The notes under the pieces were generated by a model. It ran no database searches. It saw nothing but the letters and a program-made list of their open reading frames with translations, and had not been told where the DNA came from. A program made the position numbers and the translations under genes. DNA of 64,000 bases, taken from a virus. Positions within the stretch are counted from its first letter, which is position 1; every line of letters begins with the position of its first letter. The stretch is taken from positions 1-64,000 of the IMG/VR virus record IMGVR_UViG_3300045684_000009; one strand, written 5' to 3'. This document shows, piece by piece, positions 27,615-38,068 of this stretch.

Positions 27615-28345
27615 TGGTTTCTGTTGAAAAACTTGTAAATGATTTTTATAGAAAATTGAATGCAGTAAACTCAGGAAAGAGCAAATTCTACAATATCGTA
27701 GATGTAATGTCCTTTCTTAATGAGGCTTACCAAATTTGGTTTGAAAATAAAGTCTTCTCTTTAGAAACTAACGAAAGAGTTAGGAACGATTTGAGGGGTT
27801 TTGAAATTAAGAAACACGAATTGTCTTGTGAAAAAGTCGATGAGAATTGCTGTAAAATTGTGTATCCTGATAACTTTTATCAGAGATTAAATCAACTAGC
27901 AATTGCTTGTAACGAAGATTGTTGTCCTGATATTGAGAAGAGTATCGTAATAAGGATTGTACAATCAGATGATTTACAAGATGCCAGAAAGAATCCTTTT
28001 AGGAAATCTGATTTTAAATGGGAACAGTTAATAGCAGAAGATGGGGGTGACGGATTATACATCTATCACGATTGTTCTATGGATATTAAAACTGTTTACA
28101 TCGATTACTATCGGAAACCTATAATGATGGAAGCTGGTCATTTAGTGGAATGTGCGGGCGGATACGTGAAGTATGATAATTCATTCATTAACTTTAAAAA
28201 AGACTTTGAAGTATCTGAAACATTTGCAGATAGACAAGTGTCAGATATAGCCGTAGTTCTTGCCTCTAGAGATTCAGGAGATTACCAAGGTTATCAAACT
28301 AAATTACAACAAATATTACAACTAGATAAGTTGTACAAGATATAA
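27614..28345 (+). CDS. tail ring / head-tail connector protein
   Basis: FLNEAY, NPFRKS, IDYYRKP motifs; synteny. Confidence 0.7.
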   Translation: MVSVEKLVNDFYRKLNAVNSGKSKFYNIVDVMSFLNEAYQIWFENKVFSLETNERVRNDLRGFEIKKHELSCEKVDENCCKIVYPDNFYQRLNQLAIACNEDCCPDIEKSIVIRIVQSDDLQDARKNPFRKSDFKWEQLIAEDGGDGLYIYHDCSMDIKTVYIDYYRKPIMMEAGHLVECAGGYVKYDNSFINFKKDFEVSETFADRQVSDIAVVLASRDSGDYQGYQTKLQQILQLDKLYKI

Positions 28346-28356
28346 ACTTTATAAAA

Positions 28357-29985
28357 ATGAGCATTGGAAAAATTGAAAGGCATATAGTGCCTAAACATGA
28401 TTACCCTATGGTGGCGAAAGATTTGCCATTATTTACTTGTCCTTCAGGAAACTGCAAAGGTAAGAAATTATTCTATAACGTAGCGCCAGGTCAATTGGTG
28501 GCATACACTTATCCAGGTCCAGGTCTAGTGCCGATTTCTGTAGATAATACTAATGTAGCCACCACTTCCACTGACATATATTTAGGTATAGGTTGGGATT
28601 CTAACGGTGATGGGTTGTCAGATGATATCCGTTTAATTGCGGGTGAACATTTATCTTTGTGCCAAGTTGAAGCATTAACAGTAGGTAAACCTGATTGCGG
28701 TTCTCCAGGAATTAAAGCAGCGTCTATCGATTGTGTGAAGTGTGACGAAACTTACACAGCTAAAGTAACAATTGACGATAACAGGTCTCGTTCATGGGGG
28801 CCTATCTTTAAGACTGGGTTAGAATTTACAGCTACGTATACGCCAGAATGTGGTGGATGTACAGACTGTCCTGCTGATGCCAACTGTAAAGATGTTATTT
28901 GTGGAATAGTTGACGCATTAAACGGTGAGTTAGATTTAAAATTAGATGGTATAGGTTATCCAGATTGGAAAGATTCTAATCTACCAAGACCGTATAAAGC
29001 GGTTAGAGGTCACGATAATTGGTATACATACTGTATAACACCTGATGCGGCTGGTAGTGATTGTGAAAATTGCAACCAAATAGACGCATTGACTACGTTC
29101 ACTTTGAAGGCGGGAGACTTAGATGAAGTAATTACAGACGTTAGCGATCTTGTAGATCCTACCAACGCTGCAAAAACAATTGTAGCACAGTTGGATCATT
29201 TGGTTCAAAGAATTGAATGTGCATTTAACGATGAGTTAGGAGCTAACACTGGTTTTGCATATATTACTAAAGGAGCTACGGCTTGTTGTCCTTTACAGTT
29301 ACACGTTGTGACTTGTGATGATAAATTCGAAATAGATGGGCTTACTCCTTGTGATGATGCTATTGATCCTGCCACTTTATTGAACTTTGTTCCAGTTAAT
29401 AACTGCGTAGATTGTGGTGAAGGCGATCCTGCAGCTTATACGCCTGCTTGTTGGTTTGCTATTATAGCTCAACCTCAACGACCTAAATGTGATGACTGTT
29501 ATTTAGACAAGTCTTACAATTGGTATGGTGTGGATATTAAAGTAGAATTCTTAAAAGATGCATACGGACATAGACCTATAACTAAAACGGCAACATTCTT
29601 AGAAGCTAGATCACCTAGAAACTTTGGTTCTCAAATCCAATGGTTAGAATATAAATTTGGATTCGGACCTGCAGGTAGAGGTAGAAGACATAGAGCATCT
29701 AATTATAGAAAAGGTTTCTTAAATAAATGGGATGACACTTCTAGAATCAAGAACGCAGTAACAGCAAAATGTGAGGCGTTATATTGCTCTTATACGTTAG
29801 AGTACACTAGATGGCAAAGAAGCCAATTCGGTCCTAGTCAATATGCTACGGATTTCGAATCAGGCATTCACGTTCAAACAGAGCATACTGTAACTCTTGC
29901 AAGTTTAGAACTGTTTTTAACTGCATTAGTAGAGGCGAACAATGGTCTTTGTAGAGTAGTTAATGGGGTTAATTGTATAGCTTAA
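28357..29985 (+). CDS. Cys-rich structural protein (auxiliary capsid protein-like)
   Basis: 542 aa, about 28 Cys, position matches crAss-like auxiliary capsid gene. Confidence 0.6.
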   Translation: MSIGKIERHIVPKHDYPMVAKDLPLFTCPSGNCKGKKLFYNVAPGQLVAYTYPGPGLVPISVDNTNVATTSTDIYLGIGWDSNGDGLSDDIRLIAGEHLSLCQVEALTVGKPDCGSPGIKAASIDCVKCDETYTAKVTIDDNRSRSWGPIFKTGLEFTATYTPECGGCTDCPADANCKDVICGIVDALNGELDLKLDGIGYPDWKDSNLPRPYKAVRGHDNWYTYCITPDAAGSDCENCNQIDALTTFTLKAGDLDEVITDVSDLVDPTNAAKTIVAQLDHLVQRIECAFNDELGANTGFAYITKGATACCPLQLHVVTCDDKFEIDGLTPCDDAIDPATLLNFVPVNNCVDCGEGDPAAYTPACWFAIIAQPQRPKCDDCYLDKSYNWYGVDIKVEFLKDAYGHRPITKTATFLEARSPRNFGSQIQWLEYKFGFGPAGRGRRHRASNYRKGFLNKWDDTSRIKNAVTAKCEALYCSYTLEYTRWQRSQFGPSQYATDFESGIHVQTEHTVTLASLELFLTALVEANNGLCRVVNGVNCIA

Positions 29986-30005
29986 TAATTAATTAAAAAA
30001 TGATA

Positions 30006-30044
30006 ATATGTAGAAGGGTGCAAACAGCCCCTTCTCATATTTTT
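30006..30044 (+). terminator. putative terminator
   Basis: ATATG.AGAAGGG...CCCTTCT-CATAT-TTTT. Confidence 0.5.
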
Positions 30045-30062
30045 AATATAAATAGACGAACA

Positions 30063-30284
30063 ATGTCAGAAAAATTAAAAGTAAAAGCGTCTGCGCGTGA
30101 TAAGATGATTGTTGCGGACGTACTAAGTGATAACTGTGAATGTTATAGCTTCAAATGTTGCCCAATACCTCACATGAAACTTGATGAGATTAACGGTACA
30201 GGTGATGACTATATTTGGAATGATGGCGGTGCTTTCGTATTCGGTACAGAAGCTGAAATGAAAGCTGCGGCTGCAGCACTCTAA
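30063..30284 (+). CDS. small structural protein (start MSEKLK)
   Basis: ATG 30063 after hairpin; CEC/CC motif. Confidence 0.6.
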   Translation: MSEKLKVKASARDKMIVADVLSDNCECYSFKCCPIPHMKLDEINGTGDDYIWNDGGAFVFGTEAEMKAAAAAL

Positions 30285-30328
30285 GTAAAAATTACAATTA
30301 CTTCTAGGCAATATGCCTATTATTTTAC

Positions 30329-30336
30329 TATATTTG
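30329..30336 (+). promoter_or_regulatory. -7 box TATATTTG
   Basis: 4 nt before ATG 30341. Confidence 0.65.
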
Positions 30337-30340
30337 CAAA

Positions 30341-30850
30341 ATGAATTGTAGCTGTATTAAAAAGACAGCGCAAGCTTTCGAATTTCATTTGAAAAGTCTT
30401 GACTGTAAAACTCTTATATTTACTGATCTCAGTAATTGGATGACTGAAGAACCATATGTAGTTCCTTCGGTTCAAGATATAGAGATAACTTTACCAGAAG
30501 GACAGAAGATTCTAACCGAATTTCGAGGCGAATCAATTACTAAGTATACTGCAGAAGGTTTTGGAATAGGTAAGTGTTTCCCTGACGGGATATACTGTTT
30601 CAAAGTTGAAACCTGCGGAGATTCATATACCCGACATAAAGCCATAACGTGTACTCTATATTGTCAGTTAGACACGTTAATATCTAAGGCAGACACTGAT
30701 GAAAATTGGAATGTAATAAACGAGATTTCTAACTTAATTATTTCAATTGAAAAAGCTGCTGAACTAGGTAAGCATAAACAGGCTAACGACTTATATAAAA
30801 TAGCTAATAAGAAACTATCTAGATTGGAATGCAGTTGCCCTTGCAATTAA
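30341..30850 (+). CDS. tail hub-like structural protein
   Basis: PDGIYCFKV motif plus helical C-terminus ending CSCPCN; 11 Cys in 169 aa. Confidence 0.6.
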   Translation: MNCSCIKKTAQAFEFHLKSLDCKTLIFTDLSNWMTEEPYVVPSVQDIEITLPEGQKILTEFRGESITKYTAEGFGIGKCFPDGIYCFKVETCGDSYTRHKAITCTLYCQLDTLISKADTDENWNVINEISNLIISIEKAAELGKHKQANDLYKIANKKLSRLECSCPCN

Positions 30851-30851
30851 T

Positions 30852-33731
30852 ATGCCAATACCAAACTTAATACCTCAACCCAATTCAACTGACCCGTGTT
30901 ACTGTATATCTACATGTACCACTCCTTGTAATCCTGCTAAATGCTCAGACCCTAATGGGTGTCTTGTTCTAGGAAATATCCTAGTAAAGCAATGCGACTC
31001 TGTTTACCCTTGCGGTGAGCAGGGATTTGTCGATTTTAGCTGTTTCTGTATTCCTTGCGAAGAAGAAGTTGAATTTACGATAATAGACTCACCTGATAGT
31101 GTAGTCATCGACTCAATAACCCACGAAGGTTTAACGTTCACTACTACCAATACCGCCACAGGTTGCGAAAAAGCTGAAATATGCTTTAGAGCTGTTTGTA
31201 GGGGTGAAGAAGAGTGCGATGATAAATCCGATATAGGTTCAGTAACCGTCTACTTTAAATCTAGATGTGAAAACTGTGACGGGGCTTGTAATGAGTGTAC
31301 AGGGGATTGTGTATCCACAGAAGGAGAAGAATATAATACTCCAACTATTCACCCAGAAACTGCACCAGAAGCACCAACAAATAGTGAACTAATAATTCAC
31401 CCAGACAGTGCGTGTGTAGACGATATAACTTATGCTATATTAAGTTACGATGACCAAATACTGACAAATGTCACTATAGATGTTAACGGTGTTATATCAT
31501 ATGAAGCTGTGTGCTCTGACCTATTGATAAATGGTATATCTACTCAAGTGGTTTATTCAGCTACAGCTTGTGATGCCATTGTAGAAGGTACAAGTCTTAT
31601 ATCTATAAACTTATGTGCAGATTGTACAGAAGGTGTATGTGACCCTTGTACTGGTAAATGTGTACATGCAGAAGATAAAAATGTTGGATTAATGCACACA
31701 GAATATACATGTGAGTCTACAGCTAATACATTTGATCTATCAAACCCGATAGCAGATGATTATTATGTGGTAGATTACGACTCTGAAGTATTTACAAACG
31801 TATCTATTGCACCTTTAACAGGTATAATAACGTTTGATATTACAGATGATGCTGATCCAGGACGAACATATAGAATAAAATATAGAATTGTAAGTGGAAA
31901 AACATACGATGACGCATACTTTTATGTACCAATTTGTGACTTTTCTTATGTTACGTGTGGTACTAATGAAGAATTAGATATGTGTACAGGAGCTTGTATA
32001 GACATGTGTCCTATAGTAACTCCTACTCAGAAAGAAGACGACTGTGTCATTATAGGTGGTACACCTGCGTCTACAGTTGTTTCTAACTTAACAGAAGAAT
32101 GCGATGTTGTGGGAGACCCATTAGACTTGTGTGCTCCTTTATTGGTAGCATTAGCAGGTAAACCTGAACTTTGTTTGGCTTGTAGAGAGACAAACGGAGC
32201 ACCTGAAGTATATTGTACTTGTACAGGAAATGAAGAATGTTTTGAAATTGATGGAGCATACCAATGTTGTGAAGAAACAACTTGGACTCCTGCGATTGAC
32301 CCTTCATTGGTTTGCGATACAGTGTCTATTACAGAAACATCTAATTGCGGAACGACAAGAATGACATTTGGAACTAAGAGTTCTACAGAATATACCCTGT
32401 TACAAATCGCAGAAGACGTTTGTTCAGGAGAAGTTATTTATGAACAAAACGAATGTGGAGACGCTAGAGTGTCTGCTATTGTAGGTACTAAAGATTGTAC
32501 AGAACAATGTGATTGCGAGGATACAGTTTGGACACCTGACGTAGACGTTATGTGTTTAGGCGAGTCGTATTATCAAACATCTAATTGCGGAAACAAACGA
32601 ACTGCAGTCGGTACATATGAGCCACAATGTCCACCACTTGATAACTTCTTTGAAGGAGTCGAAGTATTAGATTACTGTGGTAATTCGTGTGGAGAAGGTA
32701 CTAAATGTGTACCAGGCGGAGACACTCTTTGTGAAAATGAAGCAGCATGTAATAATGGACAAATAGGACCATGTATATTCCCTAACTCAGGTGAATGTTT
32801 GGATTGTGACGGTTTAACTACTTGTGCAGGAAACGAAATATGTGTTGGTGGAGATTGTGTACAAAATACTGAAGATTGTACTGACGATTGTTATGAAGAA
32901 AATGGTTTATCAGAACCGTGTGTTACATTGATAGCAAATGATTGTGATCTCCCTGCTGCTGTAACTTGTGGAGACCCATTAACTTCAGCTAGTGGATGTC
33001 ATGAATGTATGGGAACAGGAACAATGGCTGATGCCCTTCAAGTAGAAGACCCAGGTGATAAACCTTGTGGAGAAGATTTACTTGACCCTTGTGGAAATGT
33101 AATAACCGTTGGCGGTGGAACAGGTCCAAACCCTAGTGGTTTAAATCCTGCAGATTTCGCTTGTGGAGATGACGTTGTAGATGGTTGTGGTAATGTGATT
33201 ATTGTAGGTGGAGGTACTGACGGTGTTGGTGACGCTTGTGATGATTTAGATGATTGTACCGAAGGTTCAACTATCCAATCTGATTGTAATTGTGGTGGAG
33301 GAACACCAATAGCTCCTGATGATACTTGTGCAGCTACAACTTGTATAGATGAAACTTGTTTAGATGATTGTGGAAATGTAATTGACGGAACACAAGAACC
33401 TGTGATAGGTGATTTGACTGGTGCAGGAGATGCGCAAGTAACACCTTTAATATTTGGTACATTCCCTAACGGTACATACAATTTAGACTTAACTGCGAGA
33501 TTAACATGTAAATGTGATGCGGTCACTTTCCCAATAACTACTACCAACTTACAGATACTTGACGACCCTAGTAATTTTATAGGAACAGGCGTAGTAAGAA
33601 TGACAATAGATGGTGTAGGTGGTTTAGAGATAGTAGTTACAGGACCATTAGTTTCTGGTGATTTAGTGTTCTCTATAGATGTAGAATGCGGAGGTGTGAT
33701 AACCACTGTGTATTTCCAAATTAGCATATAA
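30852..33731 (+). CDS. Cys-rich repeat fibre/adhesin-like structural protein
   Basis: 959 aa, many C-x-G...D/N-CG-N...GT repeats, acidic. Confidence 0.7.
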   Translation: MPIPNLIPQPNSTDPCYCISTCTTPCNPAKCSDPNGCLVLGNILVKQCDSVYPCGEQGFVDFSCFCIPCEEEVEFTIIDSPDSVVIDSITHEGLTFTTTNTATGCEKAEICFRAVCRGEEECDDKSDIGSVTVYFKSRCENCDGACNECTGDCVSTEGEEYNTPTIHPETAPEAPTNSELIIHPDSACVDDITYAILSYDDQILTNVTIDVNGVISYEAVCSDLLINGISTQVVYSATACDAIVEGTSLISINLCADCTEGVCDPCTGKCVHAEDKNVGLMHTEYTCESTANTFDLSNPIADDYYVVDYDSEVFTNVSIAPLTGIITFDITDDADPGRTYRIKYRIVSGKTYDDAYFYVPICDFSYVTCGTNEELDMCTGACIDMCPIVTPTQKEDDCVIIGGTPASTVVSNLTEECDVVGDPLDLCAPLLVALAGKPELCLACRETNGAPEVYCTCTGNEECFEIDGAYQCCEETTWTPAIDPSLVCDTVSITETSNCGTTRMTFGTKSSTEYTLLQIAEDVCSGEVIYEQNECGDARVSAIVGTKDCTEQCDCEDTVWTPDVDVMCLGESYYQTSNCGNKRTAVGTYEPQCPPLDNFFEGVEVLDYCGNSCGEGTKCVPGGDTLCENEAACNNGQIGPCIFPNSGECLDCDGLTTCAGNEICVGGDCVQNTEDCTDDCYEENGLSEPCVTLIANDCDLPAAVTCGDPLTSASGCHECMGTGTMADALQVEDPGDKPCGEDLLDPCGNVITVGGGTGPNPSGLNPADFACGDDVVDGCGNVIIVGGGTDGVGDACDDLDDCTEGSTIQSDCNCGGGTPIAPDDTCAATTCIDETCLDDCGNVIDGTQEPVIGDLTGAGDAQVTPLIFGTFPNGTYNLDLTARLTCKCDAVTFPITTTNLQILDDPSNFIGTGVVRMTIDGVGGLEIVVTGPLVSGDLVFSIDVECGGVITTVYFQISI

Positions 33732-33746
33732 TAAAAATAATATAAA

Positions 33747-35633
33747 ATGAGTGATTGTAAATCATTTGACTTAGTAAAAAACGGACAAGTTTTCACGTTT
33801 GAATATGACTTTAAAGTTCCTGAAAATGTGATACTTGAGGATGCGGAGCTAACAGCCTCCGTACCCTCTGGGTTATCGTTGGTGGGGGCTTACTACTTCA
33901 TAGCGGGCAAACCTTCTGACACAATGACTGCTACAGTAAACGGTGCTGTGGTTTCTTTTGGTAATCTAAAAGAAGGATGTTACGTAGTTAGAGTTAAATA
34001 CTCAGTTACAAATAAGAATGCAGTAGTTTGTCCTATTAATTTTAATAGTGAATTTACGTATATTAATTGTGGAGCAGCTCCTCAAATATTCACTTCATAC
34101 GCTTGTTGTAATTCGTGTTTGGATATTTTAGATTGCTCAGATGCTGTTGCAATATTTTATGATAACACTTATAATGTAACACCTACTGGTAGTGATAGTA
34201 CAGGAGAGAGGGGTTTTTTAAACTACCCTTTCAAAACTATACACGGAGCGAATACTGACTTAGCTGTAGAGGATGGTGACCACTTTATTATTAATAAAGG
34301 TGAATATTATCCAGTTATTGTTGCGAGTGGTAGTAATAGAAAAGATGTATTAGGCGGTGACGCTAATAATGTATCTTATCATATTGTGCCAGGAACAATA
34401 ATAAGCACTTCAGGAAATGTTACTTACGGGCTATTTACAGATGTAGATGAGCAAGCAGTGTTGACTCCTGTTAATCCTTCTTTCTATAAAGTGGAAGCGC
34501 CTTATACAGAGTTGTCATCGGGCGTAACAGAGGATTTACCTATACTGATAGGTATGTATCATGAAGACTCTGAATTTTCAGGAACTTTTGGAACATTAAG
34601 CCAAGAGTATGCTGGAAGAAGTTGGTTTGTACAAACTAGTTCACAACATTTTGATCTAAAAGCGGATAGATTCATAGGTGGTTCTGGAGATGTTGTTGTC
34701 TCTTTCAGCTCTGTACCTGGATATGTTGCAGATGGTAGATATAACAATGTTGAAGTAGATTATATTGAGACTAGGGGCGATAGCAGTGTAAGTAGAGGGG
34801 CTTTAAGAACTCAATTTACCAAAACAGATAATATTCAAAATTCTACATTCAAAATAAATGTAGGAACATTACATCAGAAAAGCGCAACATCCACTGTTCA
34901 GGGTTCAATCTTGATAAGTGATAGTGCGATAGGTACAGGAAGTGTTATTGATATAGATGTAGACAAAATTATAGATGAAACTCCTGCAACGGCTTTTGGA
35001 GATACATCAGGTCCAGACAGTGATGGAATAGGTAGTATACTTATAGCAGGACTTGATACAGTAGATGCTGACCCATTGGGTGGTATAGAATACACTAATA
35101 TAAGAGTTGGAAATATAACAACAAATAAGTGTCTAATTTATTTCCCTTCTATCTCGGTCAACCCTGGTGAACATATAGAAAATATAAATAAGATTATAAA
35201 CTTAGACGTAAGTGGTGTCACAACTGATGGAAACTGTGTTAAGTTCACAGGTAGCGGTACATCTAATAGGAAGTTGACAAACACCAAAATACTTATTACA
35301 GGAGATATGATGTCAGAAGGTGCTAAATGTATAAACCTATCAGACATAGATTTAGACGTTGATTCTGAAATCAGATTCAAAAACTGTAGATTTGAAACTC
35401 AATCCATAGGAGACCCCGTAGTAATAATTGATAACGTAATAGGTGCAGGGGCTGATAATATCATTTTTGAGAATTGTATATTTATAAATGACGGGGTTAC
35501 TGAAACATTTGAAGCTACGGATGCCATCCCTCATAATATAAAAATTATAAATTGTTATGCTAATTCATTAGCAATTGATGCTAACGTTACAGAGCAGGTT
35601 GAAGCAGTGGTGAGAGACACTAACGTAATATAA
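33747..35633 (+). CDS. tailspike-like beta-helix protein
   Basis: GSDSTG...YPFKTIHGA cap motif then I/V/N-rich beta-helix pattern (IRFKNC, IIFENC, IKIINC). Confidence 0.65.
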   Translation: MSDCKSFDLVKNGQVFTFEYDFKVPENVILEDAELTASVPSGLSLVGAYYFIAGKPSDTMTATVNGAVVSFGNLKEGCYVVRVKYSVTNKNAVVCPINFNSEFTYINCGAAPQIFTSYACCNSCLDILDCSDAVAIFYDNTYNVTPTGSDSTGERGFLNYPFKTIHGANTDLAVEDGDHFIINKGEYYPVIVASGSNRKDVLGGDANNVSYHIVPGTIISTSGNVTYGLFTDVDEQAVLTPVNPSFYKVEAPYTELSSGVTEDLPILIGMYHEDSEFSGTFGTLSQEYAGRSWFVQTSSQHFDLKADRFIGGSGDVVVSFSSVPGYVADGRYNNVEVDYIETRGDSSVSRGALRTQFTKTDNIQNSTFKINVGTLHQKSATSTVQGSILISDSAIGTGSVIDIDVDKIIDETPATAFGDTSGPDSDGIGSILIAGLDTVDADPLGGIEYTNIRVGNITTNKCLIYFPSISVNPGEHIENINKIINLDVSGVTTDGNCVKFTGSGTSNRKLTNTKILITGDMMSEGAKCINLSDIDLDVDSEIRFKNCRFETQSIGDPVVIIDNVIGAGADNIIFENCIFINDGVTETFEATDAIPHNIKIINCYANSLAIDANVTEQVEAVVRDTNVI

Positions 35634-35653
35634 TTAACCTAAAACAATAATAA

Positions 35654-36046
35654 ATGGGACATCCTATAAAAACTCCTTTAAACGGGAGTGAAAGTATACA
35701 ATTAATAAATGAAGTAGGCGGTAACAAACAGATCACTACTCAAGATATAGCTGACTTAGCTACAGGACCAACAATTGTTGAAGATTTAGAAAACAATGAA
35801 AGTATTGTTATAGAGAGAGCTAGAATACAAACTGGAGTCTTTAATTTAGCAGATGGAGGAACTCTACTCTTTCCTTATGCTTTTAAAACTGGTGGAACAA
35901 TTAGTTTTTTTGGTACTTCTGAAACTGCAGGAGCTATAGTAAGTGTAAACGCTATGACTACTAATGGGACAATTTTAGATCATAAATTACACGATGGAAC
36001 TCCAGTCACTGGCCAAATAAGCTGGCTTGCTATAGGTTTAGAATAA
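35654..36046 (+). CDS. short fibre protein with gp53-like C-terminal domain
   Basis: IQTG...FPYAF...SWLAIG. Confidence 0.6.
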   Translation: MGHPIKTPLNGSESIQLINEVGGNKQITTQDIADLATGPTIVEDLENNESIVIERARIQTGVFNLADGGTLLFPYAFKTGGTISFFGTSETAGAIVSVNAMTTNGTILDHKLHDGTPVTGQISWLAIGLE

Positions 36047-36105
36047 TTAAGATTTTAACAACTACCAATAAAACATGGGAGGACATCTAATAAAATCAAA
36101 TATAA

Positions 36106-37209
36106 GTGAAGAATTTAAAACCTACAAGCTCTAAATCCAATAACAATGGAGAATCACATGAAGAAAAGAAGCCCAATGTGATAAAGGATTTAGCTGCCAC
36201 AGGTCTTAAAGCTAAAAAGAAGAAGAAAGAAGTTAAATCAGTGTTTGTTGAACCTTCTCCTAAACCAGTTAAACCAAAAGCTGATTCTAAACCTGTTTCG
36301 ATTAAAGACATGTATGTTACAGGAGTTGACGGTGTAGAAAAGGTAGAGTGTGATAAACCTGTTTTTAAAAATAGTGAGCATAAACCTGCGGAGAGGAAAA
36401 GAATACATAAAGTTACTGATAATAACTTTACAGATAGTGCAAAGACGAAGTTAGATGGGATTGAAGATGGTGCTCAAGTAAATGTGCAAAGCGATTGGGC
36501 GGCGGATGAAGGTCCTTCCAGTATTTTAAATCAACCAAACATAATATCGAATCATAAAGATTTAATATTAGATGATGGAACTAACCCTCACAAAACAACA
36601 AAAACTGATGTAGGGTTATCTAATGTAGATAATACATCTGACAAAGATAAACCTTTAAGTTTAGAGGCAATAAAAGCATTAGAAGAGAAAGAAAATGCAT
36701 TCTATAAAAGTAGTGCGTTTAATAAAGACTTTGGGAAAACTGAAGGTACTGTATCTGAAGGAAACCATCGACATGATGGTATTTATGAAATTGCAGATGG
36801 TAGTATTTTAAAAAAGAAAGATATAGGTGTAACTGTTCAAGAATACAATTCTGATACGGTTATAGACGCAAATTACGTTGCAACAGAAAATAATTTTACA
36901 ACTTATTATAAAACAAAAATAATAAGTTTAATAAATAGCGTACAATCTTTATATAATTCTTTAGTATCGACTTTTTTAGGATTGACTGATACTCCGAATA
37001 ATTATACAGGGGAGGGGGGTAAAATTGTTGCAGTAAAAGGGGACGAGACAGGTGTTGAATTTATAACACCAACTGCAGGAGTCACCAACCATAGTGCGTT
37101 AATATTAGATGATGGAAATAATCCACATAACACAGATACGGCTGATATACCTGCTACAACTTTATCTGATGATTTTTTAGCAATATATATATTGGCAAAA
37201 AATACTTAA
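36106..37209 (+). CDS. tail fibre-like protein
   Basis: KLDGIEDGAQVNVQSDW, NPH.TTKTDVGLSNVDNTSD, FLGLTDTP motifs. Confidence 0.7.
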   Translation: MKNLKPTSSKSNNNGESHEEKKPNVIKDLAATGLKAKKKKKEVKSVFVEPSPKPVKPKADSKPVSIKDMYVTGVDGVEKVECDKPVFKNSEHKPAERKRIHKVTDNNFTDSAKTKLDGIEDGAQVNVQSDWAADEGPSSILNQPNIISNHKDLILDDGTNPHKTTKTDVGLSNVDNTSDKDKPLSLEAIKALEEKENAFYKSSAFNKDFGKTEGTVSEGNHRHDGIYEIADGSILKKKDIGVTVQEYNSDTVIDANYVATENNFTTYYKTKIISLINSVQSLYNSLVSTFLGLTDTPNNYTGEGGKIVAVKGDETGVEFITPTAGVTNHSALILDDGNNPHNTDTADIPATTLSDDFLAIYILAKNT

Positions 37210-37219
37210 TAAATAAATA

Positions 37220-38065
37220 ATGAGTTTACAATCAAGATTAACCTCTGCATTTCAAGCAATAGGTGATGACATACAAGCCTTACTGGCCCAGGACGGTACT
37301 TTAACTGGGTTAAATACCGCAGATCAAACTAGTCTAGTAAACGCGATTAACGAAGTACACGATGACGAAGCGACTGCCATTCATGATAATGTGGCGGGAG
37401 AAATATCAGCAATTACTGAAAAAATTACGCCAGTTTCAGGAGACCATATACTAATTGAAGACTCCGCAGCAGCTAATGTTAAAAAGAGAGTTCAAATTGG
37501 CAATTTACCTGCGGCTTCAGAAGTTAATGATTTAACAGCATCAGTAACTTGGGCTAATGTTCCAGATGCCAATATCACACAATCAAGCGTTACTCAACAT
37601 CAAGCCGCGTTAACAATTACAGAATCACAAATTAGTGATTTAATACATAGAGATGCGGATGCTATTCATGGCAATGAAAATGGAGAAATTGCGGCTATTA
37701 CTGCCAAGGCAACGCCAGTAGACGGAGATTTTCTAATTATAGAAGATTCAGCAGCAACCAACGCAAAGAAAAGTATAACGATTGGCGATCTACCTTACTT
37801 GAGTCAAGCAGAAGTAGACGCGCGTGTGCAGTTAGTTGTTGATTCAGCGCCAGCGGCATTGGACACATTAAACGAATTGGCTGCAGCATTAGGGGATGAT
37901 GCAAACTTTAGCACAACGATAGCAAATCAAATGGCTAAACGTGTCGCAGTTGATGCGGTGCAAACATTTACAGTAGGGGAAAAATTACAAGGGTGTACTA
38001 ATATAGGAGTAGGAGACCCAGAACACGATTTCGTAACTGATTATACGACAGCCAGGGATAGTTAA
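37220..38065 (+). CDS. tail fibre-associated protein with internal duplication
   Basis: SLVNAINE, APAALDTLNELAAALGDDANF; duplicated AIH...IEDSAA module. Confidence 0.75.
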   Translation: MSLQSRLTSAFQAIGDDIQALLAQDGTLTGLNTADQTSLVNAINEVHDDEATAIHDNVAGEISAITEKITPVSGDHILIEDSAAANVKKRVQIGNLPAASEVNDLTASVTWANVPDANITQSSVTQHQAALTITESQISDLIHRDADAIHGNENGEIAAITAKATPVDGDFLIIEDSAATNAKKSITIGDLPYLSQAEVDARVQLVVDSAPAALDTLNELAAALGDDANFSTTIANQMAKRVAVDAVQTFTVGEKLQGCTNIGVGDPEHDFVTDYTTARDS

Positions 38066-38068
38066 TAT

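Noticed and set aside
33038-33796. 252-aa antisense ORF and the many other shadow ORFs opposite long genes
   Set aside because: Explained by codon bias of the sense gene; no motifs or initiation context
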